From positions 1 through 42,935 of the IMG/VR virus record IMGVR_UViG_3300016484_001033: DNA of 42,935 nt. The stretch is one strand, 5' to 3'. The notes under the pieces were generated by a model. The model was not told where the DNA came from. It was given only the letters and a program-made list of their open reading frames with translations, and searched no databases. A program made the translations under genes and the position numbers. This document shows positions 17,772 to 25,781 of the stretch, piece by piece. Position 1 is the stretch's first letter. Each line of letters starts with the position of its first letter. The DNA is from a virus (lineage: Duplodnaviria; Caudoviricetes).

Positions 17772-18445
17772 CAGTCGTGCTCGTAGACGTTCCGCTTATA
17801 GGTGAACACCACGCGTGGCGCCAGGGGCGAGAACCCGACCCACATGAACTTGATCGTGCCCTCGGAGGGCGACACGCTCGGGGACAGCGAGGCCGAGACC
17901 GAGGGCGAGACACTCGCCGAGACCGACGGGCTCGCCGAGATGGACGCCGAGGGCGAGACCGAGACGCTGGGGCTGACGCTCGCCGAGACCGACGGGCTGA
18001 CGGACGGCGACAGGCTGGCCGAGACCGATGGCGACGCACTCGCGGACGCCGACGGGGACGTGCTGGCCGAGGGTGAGACGGAGGCCGACCGGCTCTCGGA
18101 GACGGACGCGGAGACCGACGGCGAGACACTCGCGGAGACCGACGGCGAGACGCTCGGGGACGCGGAGGCCGACGCCGACCGGGAGACCGACGCCGACGGG
18201 CTCACGCTGGCACTGACGCTCGGCGACACTGAAATGGACTCGCGCTGGTGGAGGCCGACGGGGAGGTCGACGCGCTCGGCGAGACCGAGGGCGACGCGCT
18301 GGCGGACTTCGACGCGCTGACCGACGGGCTCACGGACGCCGACGCGGACGGAGAGGTGCTGGCGCTCGGCGAGGTGGACGCGGACGGGCTGACGCTGGCG
18401 CTGACGGACGGCGAGACCGACGCGGAGACGGACGGCGACTCGCTG
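17040..18445. repeat. Degenerate coding tandem repeats encoding Ser-x motifs (two blocks)
   Basis: Recurrent GAGGGCGAC / GACGGGCT / GCCGAGAC units at 12-18 bp spacing. Confidence 0.85.
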
Positions 18446-19227
18446 GGTTCCGTGCCGAGGTCGACATACGTGCGCCGCACGATCGGCGCGTAGAGTTCCC
18501 AGCGCGTGCGGGGATTGTAGAGGGACCATATCTCGGCGTCTGATAGCGCGCGATTCCAGATCGCGCCGCTAAGTCCAGCCCCGCTGGCGGATACCAGTGT
18601 CGGATTTGACCCCTCACTTTCAAACAACGTCCATCCCTGAGTATCCGTGGTGAAGTTTCCTGACCCCGATGCACTGCCCGACAACTGTCGCCCTTGGTGC
18701 CACAACGTCAACGTCCCAGCACTCACACGGGCGACGAAGCAGTGCAACCCCGGCGCCGTGTCTGCCACCGTCCCCGAATAGTCGGCATTCCCACCGGCCA
18801 TCCCGACAATACACCGCCATGTGGTTGAGCTGTCCACCCTCGACAGCATCAAGAAATGAGAGCTCACCCACGGGCCGAATCCTAACTGCGCTTGCTCTGC
18901 GGCAACATCGGCCCAAGTCTTCTTCAAATACACCCACGTCGCAAACGTGGCGGAGGTTCCGGTGAGTTGGATCGGTAGACCGGGAACTGCAGTAATACTA
19001 CCTCCACAGTTCGCCACCCCCATTCCGTAGGGCGTCGGGACAACTGGTTCGGCGGTGGCATATGGGGCAGTCACACTCCCGGTCACCGCATTGACTCGCA
19101 TCCGCTGCGTGAGGTTACACGCCACCACTAACCCAGAGGCAATTGGACGACTCGGATCGATCCGTTGGACGATTCCGCTGGGTCGTCGGACCCACGGCTG
19201 CCGCGAGCTCTGGATCGCAATCGGCAC
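17771..19227 (-). CDS. LamG/ConA-like domain plus Ser/Pro-rich repeat protein, interrupted by a frame change near 18232
   Basis: ATFATWVY...HCFVARV...LTLWHQG...[12 protein letters not shown] LamG signature, then S-x repeats; frame 0 stops at 18202 and the repeats continue in the -1 frame to 17771. Confidence 0.72.
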
Positions 19228-19229
19228 GA

Positions 19230-19739
19230 CTACGCCACCGTCGGCAGAATCGGCATCGCGTAGAACCCATTCCCCGTGGAGTTCAGCGCCTGCCCGCCGT
19301 TGTGGACGACGAACAGCACGCAGTGACGCGGCACGTTGCCGCCGAACAACTGCGCGAGGCTGAACTGCCCGATGTCGTACACGCGGTTCGTGTCGGTGCC
19401 GTCGAACGTCACCACGGCCGCCAGTTTCCCGGCGGCGAACAGCACGTTTCGACTCGTCACCGTCTCGGCGCTGTCGGTGCCGTCGAACACGTCGGGGTAG
19501 GCGGGCGTGTCCTCGCGCTCGGCGATGACCCACACCTCCAGCGTCGTGTTCGCGGTCATCGCGTTGCTGCCGTTCACCTTGACCATGCCGCTGATCAGGT
19601 AATCGACGGCCAGCGTCGTGGTGTTGTCCAGCGCGGCGGACTCTGCGCCAGCCGTGAGGCCGCTCGACGAAGCGAGCGAGTCGAGCGAGGTGAACGTGAG
19701 TCCGACTTCCGTGCCGTAGCCGATCTTGTTGGTCGCCAT
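19230..19739 (-). CDS. Putative virion structural beta-sandwich protein
   Basis: Thr/Ser/Gly-rich beta-strand pattern; lies directly upstream of the LamG gene. Confidence 0.6.
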   Translation of the reverse strand: MATNKIGYGTEVGLTFTSLDSLASSSGLTAGAESAALDNTTTLAVDYLISGMVKVNGSNAMTANTTLEVWVIAEREDTPAYPDVFDGTDSAETVTSRNVLFAAGKLAAVVTFDGTDTNRVYDIGQFSLAQLFGGNVPRHCVLFVVHNGGQALNSTGNGFYAMPILPTVA

Positions 19740-19744
19740 GTTGG

Positions 19745-20227
19745 TTAGCTGTTTCGCGCGGCGTACACGTCCGCGTAGCTGAGGGTGCCTTCCACCACCA
19801 GCGTGGCGGGGCTGCCCTCCGTGCCCGTGCCCGTGGCGTACAGCTTCTCCGCGCGCGTGGCGTGCCGCTTCCACAGCGCGAGCAGCGCCGCCCGCGTGGC
19901 CGTCCCGCCCGTTCCGGAGAACACGTCATCGAAGCCCGCCCGCGTGTCCACGCGCGACGGGTTGAACGTCCCGCCGGAATACTGCGCCATGACCTGCAAC
20001 CGGCTGGTGTTGCCCGTCGTCAGGCCCGCCACTTCGCTGGAGGACATCGCTTCGCCGACTTCCTTGAGCGACACCGCCGTCTTCCAGACGGTGAACGCGG
20101 GCGCGGCCAGCGCGTTGTAGGCGGCGGCGATGTCGTACGCGCCGTCGTAGGTGTTGGGGATGGCCGCGAGCACCGGGTCGGCCAGGATGTCCGCGTGAAG
20201 CGTGGCGAGTTGGGGCGTGGTGAGCAT
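19745..20227 (-). CDS. Hypothetical (putative virion) protein
   Basis: 160-aa ORF with GAGG RBS in the late operon. Confidence 0.65.
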   Translation of the reverse strand: MLTTPQLATLHADILADPVLAAIPNTYDGAYDIAAAYNALAAPAFTVWKTAVSLKEVGEAMSSSEVAGLTTGNTSRLQVMAQYSGGTFNPSRVDTRAGFDDVFSGTGGTATRAALLALWKRHATRAEKLYATGTGTEGSPATLVVEGTLSYADVYAARNS

Positions 20228-20230
20228 CAG

Positions 20231-20578
20231 TTACCTCGTAACGATTCGCAGCGCACCCGGGGCCGCCGGGACGACGACGACTTGCACCGGAAAGGGCGCC
20301 GAGCTCGCGCAGCCCGCGAGGTTGCACGCCTGCACGATCAGCGTGTGCGTGCCGGGGGTCAGCGCTGGAAAGGGCACCTCGTAGGTCTGCCCGGTGACCG
20401 GGGCCGGCTTGCCCAGATCCGTCGCCGCCCCGTCCACGACCAGCTTGTAGCCGTCCGTGTTGACGCCGTCGTGGTCCCAGGCCAACTTCGTCGAGGGCGG
20501 CGTCGGCGACGGCACTTGCGTCTGGGCCGCGGCGGCGGAGGCGAGCAGGACGAGCGCACACGTAAGCAGGAATCGCAT
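20231..20578 (-). CDS. Secreted fibronectin-III-like protein
   Basis: Signal peptide MRFLLTCALVLLASAAAAQ; LAWD..GYKLVVDG..LTPGTHTLIVQACN..G.S; PAAPGALR. Confidence 0.7.
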   Translation of the reverse strand: MRFLLTCALVLLASAAAAQTQVPSPTPPSTKLAWDHDGVNTDGYKLVVDGAATDLGKPAPVTGQTYEVPFPALTPGTHTLIVQACNLAGCASSAPFPVQVVVVPAAPGALRIVTR

Positions 20579-20916
20579 TAGGCCCAGCTTTTCTTGATGT
20601 AGATCCCCGCGCCGAAGCCCGTCTTCGACGCGTACTGCGCGACGGCCGCAAAGTCCCACGACCCATCCGCGCTGCGGCCCACTAGCGCGAACTTCGTCAC
20701 GAACTGCCCGTTCTCAAACGCGCCGTAGCCGACCGTCGCGAACCGGTGCTCTTTCGGCACGTCGGCGAAGACGGCGTCGATGTGCTTCTGCAGCGCGGAT
20801 TCGCTGAAGATGCCCGACGTGAGCGGCGGGTACGTCGGCGTAGTCGTGGTCAGCGACGGACTCGCGTTGACGCTGCCGAGGGCCGCCAGTGGCGTGCCCG
20901 CCTTCACCTCGGTCAT
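20578..20916 (-). CDS. Hypothetical protein
   Basis: 112-aa coupled ORF with beta-hairpin-like C-terminus. Confidence 0.6.
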   Translation of the reverse strand: MTEVKAGTPLAALGSVNASPSLTTTTPTYPPLTSGIFSESALQKHIDAVFADVPKEHRFATVGYGAFENGQFVTKFALVGRSADGSWDFAAVAQYASKTGFGAGIYIKKSWA

Positions 20917-21098
20917 CGCATATCACTCCGCGGCAACGGCGACGACGACAACTTCCCGGCAATCGTGGCCACGACGAATGCCGCCGCCTGCACCCACTCC
21001 GGGTAGGTCCAGGTCGTGGGCGGGGGCGCCGCCGCGAGGTACGTCAACACCGCGGCGACAATGCCGAGGAACCACAGCCAGGAGTCCCGTCCGGGCAT
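20913..21098 (-). CDS. Putative holin (two transmembrane segments)
   Basis: 61 aa, two hydrophobic stretches, near the cell wall hydrolase. Confidence 0.55.
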   Translation of the reverse strand: MPGRDSWLWFLGIVAAVLTYLAAAPPPTTWTYPEWVQAAAFVVATIAGKLSSSPLPRSDMR

Positions 21099-22489
21099 CA
21101 CGCCACCTCCCCGAGAATGAGTCGCCCCTTGTCCCCGAAGTCGCGTTGCAGCGTCACGCGGTGGTTGCGCTCGGCGTAGCAGTCCGGCCAGCGCGGGCCG
21201 TAGGCGACCGCCATGAACATCCCCGTGGCCGGGTCGATCGCCTGGTCGCACCGCGTCTGCCCGTCGTCGGGCACGGCGTAGACGCGCGTCCCACGCCAGG
21301 ACGTGCCGCCGTGAATGAGCTTCCACGCCATCACGCCACGTGGCACCAGCGCGCACGCCTGCGGCACCTCGGCGAATCCCGGCATCGTCTCGATGCGCCC
21401 GTTCCAGAACACCCCGTATGACGACATGTAGACCCAGGCCTGCCGCGCCATGAGCGAGACGATCGCCATCAGTTGGAGCACGTTGACGTCGTTCGTCTGG
21501 CCCACCGTCACGCCCGACCCCGGCCCGGACGGTTCGCCCTGCCAGCCGAGGCGCGGGCGCGGATACTCCGCGGGAATCTCGTAGCCCAGCGCGTGGATGT
21601 GGCTGATGATGCGCGGATACTCGATCCGGGCCCCGTGGATGTACCAGAGATCCCACGACGAGAACGCCTGAAGGTCGGGCGGCTCTTCGGTCTCCGGGGA
21701 CGACAGCGCCGTCAAAATGCCGCGGTCGTGAAACGGCTGCGCCATCTGCTTCAGCTTCGACGGCTCCGGCACCCCGTTCTGCCACGACTCGTTGCAGGAC
21801 TCCGCGAGTGCGCAGACGTGCCGCCCGACGCGGTCGTAGATCGACGCCACGCGCGCGCAGTGCTCGAGCACCTGGCTAAACGGGATCGCGTTGAGGTCGC
21901 CGCGGCTGTGGTGGACGACCAGGCCGGCGTCGCGCACGGCGACGAGGAACGCCTCGAGCTGCCCGTAGTAGTCCGGCGTGGGCCGCACGGCCAGGCCGGT
22001 GTGGCTGATGAACGACCAGGGCGTGACTTCCTTGCCGGCCCAGGCTTCTGAGTAGTAGCCCAGGTGGTCCCAGCATCGGATGCCCAGGTAGCCGGCGGCC
22101 TTGATGACGCGCAACTGGTCGAGCACGTCGGCGGGCCGCCGCACCCACGCCGAGAACGCTTCGCCGAAGTGGCAGAACACGGGATTGACGATGCCGGTGT
22201 CGTCGACGTAGCAGTTGTTCGCGATCCGCAACTGCCCGACGATGCCCGGTGTCTCTGACGGCGCGCTGGGGTCGACGACCTGCTGAATCGCGCGCCACAC
22301 GCTGTCACACGCCGCCTGGTGCGACGCCCCGTTGACGCGCAGCCGGAGGTACTCTTGCGTCCAAGCCGCCTCGCCCTCCATGTCGACGTAGTGCGAATCG
22401 GCCGGTGGGCGCAGCAGGACATCGCGGTAGTAGACATCGAGCTGACAGACGAAGTCGTACGTCTCGTTTCGCGGCGGGAACTGAATCAT
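21098..22489 (-). CDS. Putative GH-A clan (GH5-like) TIM-barrel glycoside hydrolase with N-terminal helical domain
   Basis: GQLRI...YVDD.G start, IKAAGYLGIR, ESCNE (acid/base-like), QGEP (nucleophile-like). Confidence 0.55.
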   Translation of the reverse strand: MIQFPPRNETYDFVCQLDVYYRDVLLRPPADSHYVDMEGEAAWTQEYLRLRVNGASHQAACDSVWRAIQQVVDPSAPSETPGIVGQLRIANNCYVDDTGIVNPVFCHFGEAFSAWVRRPADVLDQLRVIKAAGYLGIRCWDHLGYYSEAWAGKEVTPWSFISHTGLAVRPTPDYYGQLEAFLVAVRDAGLVVHHSRGDLNAIPFSQVLEHCARVASIYDRVGRHVCALAESCNESWQNGVPEPSKLKQMAQPFHDRGILTALSSPETEEPPDLQAFSSWDLWYIHGARIEYPRIISHIHALGYEIPAEYPRPRLGWQGEPSGPGSGVTVGQTNDVNVLQLMAIVSLMARQAWVYMSSYGVFWNGRIETMPGFAEVPQACALVPRGVMAWKLIHGGTSWRGTRVYAVPDDGQTRCDQAIDPATGMFMAVAYGPRWPDCYAERNHRVTLQRDFGDKGRLILGEVA

Positions 22490-22574
22490 CGCGCCACCTC
22501 GACGGGGCCACGCGCCACGCGCGGGTGAAGGGGGATCCCGCGCGGTCCCAGCGGTCCCCGTGGCCCCGTCATCC

Positions 22575-23054
22575 TCATGCCGCCACCCCAAACGTGTGCG
22601 CGCCAATCACCGCACGCGGCTGCCAGGTCTGCGTCCAGGCCGGCGCCAGGCCGCTCCGCAGCAGCGCCGTCGTGAGATAGTGCGTACTGCCGCGCGTCAC
22701 ATCCCGCTCCACGTCGCCCTCGAGCACGCCGCGCGCGACCCACACGCATTGCCGCCAGCCCTCGTGGGTGACGGCGGCCCCGTCCGCCAGCGCCCGCGCC
22801 AAGGCCAGCACCCGCTCATGGTTGGCGGCGCCGCCCCATGGCCACAGGCCGCTGAACTGGCTGCGCGCCGTGACGACCTGCGCGATCGTCTGGCCCCAGC
22901 GCCCGCTCGCCCGCCGGTTTGTCACCACTTGCGCCACGGCCACCTGGCCGTCCGGCGTCTCGCCCCGCGCCTCGGCCCAGACCACCAGGCCCAGGGCCGG
23001 CAGGTCCGCCAGGCCCCGCGCGACGTCCGCAGCAACGGCACCACCCGTCGTCAT
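22575..23054 (-). CDS. SleB-like cell wall hydrolase (Hydrolase_2), probable endolysin
   Basis: AEARGE...AVAQVVTNR, QFS, TRGSTHY, IGAHTF. Confidence 0.88.
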   Translation of the reverse strand: MTTGGAVAADVARGLADLPALGLVVWAEARGETPDGQVAVAQVVTNRRASGRWGQTIAQVVTARSQFSGLWPWGGAANHERVLALARALADGAAVTHEGWRQCVWVARGVLEGDVERDVTRGSTHYLTTALLRSGLAPAWTQTWQPRAVIGAHTFGVAA

Positions 23055-23094
23055 CGACCGCTCCCGCCCAGCAGCCGTCATGCACGCCCACGCG

Positions 23095-23460
23095 TCACTG
23101 GCCGGCCTTCTTCGCCGTGACCATGTCGTGCTCGCGGAGGAGCGTGAGGATCTCTCGCTGCCCCTCCTTCAGTTCCTGCATGTCCCGCCGGAGCGACTGC
23201 ATCTCGCCCTCGCTGCGGCTCATCCGCTCGCGCATCGGCGGCGAGCCGTTGTTCTCGATCACCTGGATCCGCTCGACCAGCCCACTCCAGACCAGCCCCA
23301 TGATCACCAGCAACACGCTGATCACCGTGCCGAGGATCCACTGGTTGTAGGACTGCCTCTCGATGATCGAGGTGTTCAGATCCCGCAACTTGCTCTCCCA
23401 TTCATCGCGCGAAAAGGGGCAGTTGGGATGCACCGGTGGGCGGGGATCACTCACGGGCAT
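23095..23460 (-). CDS. Single-TM coiled-coil membrane protein (lysis-associated?)
   Basis: WILGTVISVLLVIMGLVW TM followed by a coiled coil. Confidence 0.6.
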   Translation of the reverse strand: MPVSDPRPPVHPNCPFSRDEWESKLRDLNTSIIERQSYNQWILGTVISVLLVIMGLVWSGLVERIQVIENNGSPPMRERMSRSEGEMQSLRRDMQELKEGQREILTLLREHDMVTAKKAGQ

Positions 23461-23641
23461 CCTCGGATTCTGGGCGTCGCACCGCACAGGACGCGTCCTG
23501 CCAGACGTGCGCCACGTCCGGGTCAATCCCGGCTGCGCGCAACGCCTCGCGGTACCGGGCTTCCGCCGCGGCGGCGTCGCGCATCGCGAGCTCCGACGCC
23601 GCCTGCAAGTACCGCAGCCGCCAGTAGGTCGCGGCGTCCAT
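23447..23641 (-). CDS. Hypothetical protein (possible fibre chaperone)
   Basis: 64-aa ORF coupled to the tail fibre stop. Confidence 0.5.
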   Translation of the reverse strand: MDAATYWRLRYLQAASELAMRDAAAAEARYREALRAAGIDPDVAHVWQDASCAVRRPESEDARE

Positions 23642-24435
23642 CACAGCCCCCGCGCCACCGGGCGCCACCGAGCCGTGGTCGTGTCGTACCACAGCCACGC
23701 CACGTCATTCGGCTTCATGGTGATATTGGCGCTGTTGCCGCAGTAGAGCCGCGCCGCCGCGGACGCCCCCGTGTATTCGTGCTCCAAAGCGAAGTCGGCC
23801 CCGCTGGCGTTGACGATGACGAGCACCCGTCCGGCGGTCGTGTCCGCAATCGCCCCGACCGTCGGGGTCGCCGCGGCACTCGTCACGCGGATAGCAAACG
23901 TCGAGTCGGTGGGCGTGACTGTTGTGGACCCGGTCAGCGCGACGCCTGACGTCCCCGACAGGACGAGGCCGGCGACGTGCGTGATGATGCCCCCGGCCGA
24001 CCAGGTCGTGCGCGCGGTTGTCCCGCCCGAAAAGAGCCGCACCTCGCCCGCCGCGTCCGTGGCGGCCAGGGACAGGCCGCCCGGTTCACTCGCGACCACC
24101 GCCATCCCATTGGCGTAGTTGACCCCCGACGTGCTCCAGGTGCTCGACAGGACGTTGATCGCGCCAGCGCCTTCGGCGTGATCGTTCCCCAGTCGCACCT
24201 GCGCGAAGTTCGCGGTCCCGGACGTCGTGTTCCGCACCAGCAGAATGTTGCCGCCCGTGCCGCCCGTGCTCAGGGCGTGCGTGCCGAAGCCCTCGGCCGA
24301 CACGAGCCCGCCGAACGTGATATTCGCGGCGATGAGCGCATCGACCTTGTCGTAGATGGCCGTGCCGACCTGAGCGGCGTTCCAGACCGTGACGTTATCC
24401 GTGAGCGTGGCGCGGGTGATGGTCGTGGCAGCCAT
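23641..24435 (-). CDS. Tail fibre / receptor-binding-like protein
   Basis: Gly/Thr/Ala-rich; C-terminal GRVLVIVN...WLWYDTTTARWR fibre-tip-like motif; follows the tail tip gene. Confidence 0.65.
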   Translation of the reverse strand: MAATTITRATLTDNVTVWNAAQVGTAIYDKVDALIAANITFGGLVSAEGFGTHALSTGGTGGNILLVRNTTSGTANFAQVRLGNDHAEGAGAINVLSSTWSTSGVNYANGMAVVASEPGGLSLAATDAAGEVRLFSGGTTARTTWSAGGIITHVAGLVLSGTSGVALTGSTTVTPTDSTFAIRVTSAAATPTVGAIADTTAGRVLVIVNASGADFALEHEYTGASAAARLYCGNSANITMKPNDVAWLWYDTTTARWRPVARGL

Positions 24436-24443
24436 GAGGAGTC

Positions 24444-25781
24444 CTAATACACAAACCGGGACGACTTCTCGGCCGCCCCGAGCGTCTGGAGCAGCTCGTG
24501 CCCGCGCGACACGGGCGCCGCCTGAAACATCCGCGCCCAGGTCTTCGCGCCATTCAGCATCAGCGGCGACAGCGCCACCTGTTGGATCCGGTAGGTGCCC
24601 CCGACGGTCACCGGACTCGTGAGGCTGCAGACCAGCGAGGCGCCTGGCCAGCAGTTCCGCGCGCCCGTGTGCTGGGCATCCACCATGCCCCCCGCCACCG
24701 TCGTCACGCCACCCGACAGCAGGGCGAGCGTGCTGGTCGCCAACGCCTCCGCTTCGGAGCGGCCGAGACGGTCGTCGTCGACCGCGCGCGTCGCGATGCC
24801 GGACAGGCCGGCCCCCAGCGCCGTCTCGAGGGCCGTCTGCGCGGCCGTGTCGTTGGCGACCGCCACGGGACGCACCGGCGTCCCCGTCGGCCACGTGTGG
24901 ACGGCCCCCGACGAGCACGTCACGGCCTCCGCGCCCACCGTCGTGGTCGTGCCGGTGTAGGACAGATACTCCGTGCCGAGCAGGAGGGTGCCGCTCGTCC
25001 CGAACGGCGTCACGTCGACGACCGGCAGGTCGGTGGCGCCGGACGCCACGGGCGTGCGCGTGACGGTGCCGGCGGCGATGACGCGCACCCGCGTGGCGAT
25101 GTCGGTAATGTCAGCGCCCACCCGCAACTGCGCGATGTTGTTGCTGGTGTTGGTGAGACTCACGGTCCCCGCGGACTGGTGGTCCGGCGTCACGAAGAGG
25201 TGGACCCGTTTGTCCGCGTCGACGTCGACATAGGCGCCCGCGGCCGCCGCGAGCCGTTCCAGCACGGACCAGACGCGCTCGTTCACCGCCGAGAAGACGT
25301 CGAGGGTGCCGAGCGCTGCCGGCACGTAGCCGACCGTGAAGCCCCCGTTGGTGTAGCCGTCGACGATGTCCCGGACGATCCGGTTGATGCCGACGTGGTA
25401 CCAGTTCCGGGTGATCGTCTCGTAGCGGTCGATCAGCCAGCGGTAGTCCTGGGCGACGCAGTCGTAGCGCAGGGCGTTCGCGGTGCGGTCGATCGTGACC
25501 GACACATCGGTCAGGGTGCCCCCGAACCACCGCACCGTCGCGTTCGTGCCGTCGTCGGCGATCACCACGCTCTGGCCCCGGACAGGCGTCACGAGGCGGC
25601 CGTCGAGCGTGCAGGTGAACGACTTCGGCTGCCCGAGGGCCAAGGTGAGCTGGGCGGACCCGGTGAACACCGCCCGTGTGACGTCGGTGCCATTCAGCAG
25701 CACCGTCGGTGTGGCGGTGTAGGTCGCCAGGGTGGCCGTCTCCGGTACCCCGAGCGTGAAGCCCAGCGCGGAGCCGGCCAT
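24444..25781 (-). CDS. Tail tip / baseplate hub-like protein
   Basis: Follows the tape measure; WFGG.L..V, CVAQDY..L.DR, LERLA..AG...VDADKRVHLF. Confidence 0.7.
   Translation of the reverse strand: MAGSALGFTLGVPETATLATYTATPTVLLNGTDVTRAVFTGSAQLTLALGQPKSFTCTLDGRLVTPVRGQSVVIADDGTNATVRWFGGTLTDVSVTIDRTANALRYDCVAQDYRWLIDRYETITRNWYHVGINRIVRDIVDGYTNGGFTVGYVPAALGTLDVFSAVNERVWSVLERLAAAAGAYVDVDADKRVHLFVTPDHQSAGTVSLTNTSNNIAQLRVGADITDIATRVRVIAAGTVTRTPVASGATDLPVVDVTPFGTSGTLLLGTEYLSYTGTTTTVGAEAVTCSSGAVHTWPTGTPVRPVAVANDTAAQTALETALGAGLSGIATRAVDDDRLGRSEAEALATSTLALLSGGVTTVAGGMVDAQHTGARNCWPGASLVCSLTSPVTVGGTYRIQQVALSPLMLNGAKTWARMFQAAPVSRGHELLQTLGAAEKSSRFVY

Noticed and set aside
16093-18129. 678-aa ORF as a single protein (and similarly extended starts for ORFs ending at 192, 12889, 13554, 20913, 23641, 31440)
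   Set aside because: The N-terminal extensions are off-frame readings of upstream genes; true starts are inferred at stop/start overlaps
17040-18445. Repeat region as a CRISPR array or non-coding satellite
   Set aside because: No constant repeat with unique spacers; the variation preserves the Ser-x reading frame
17224-18493. Plus-strand acidic repeat ORFs (DGETLAE...)
   Set aside because: Antisense shadows of the Ser-x repeats; the minus-strand ORFs are translationally coupled to their neighbours
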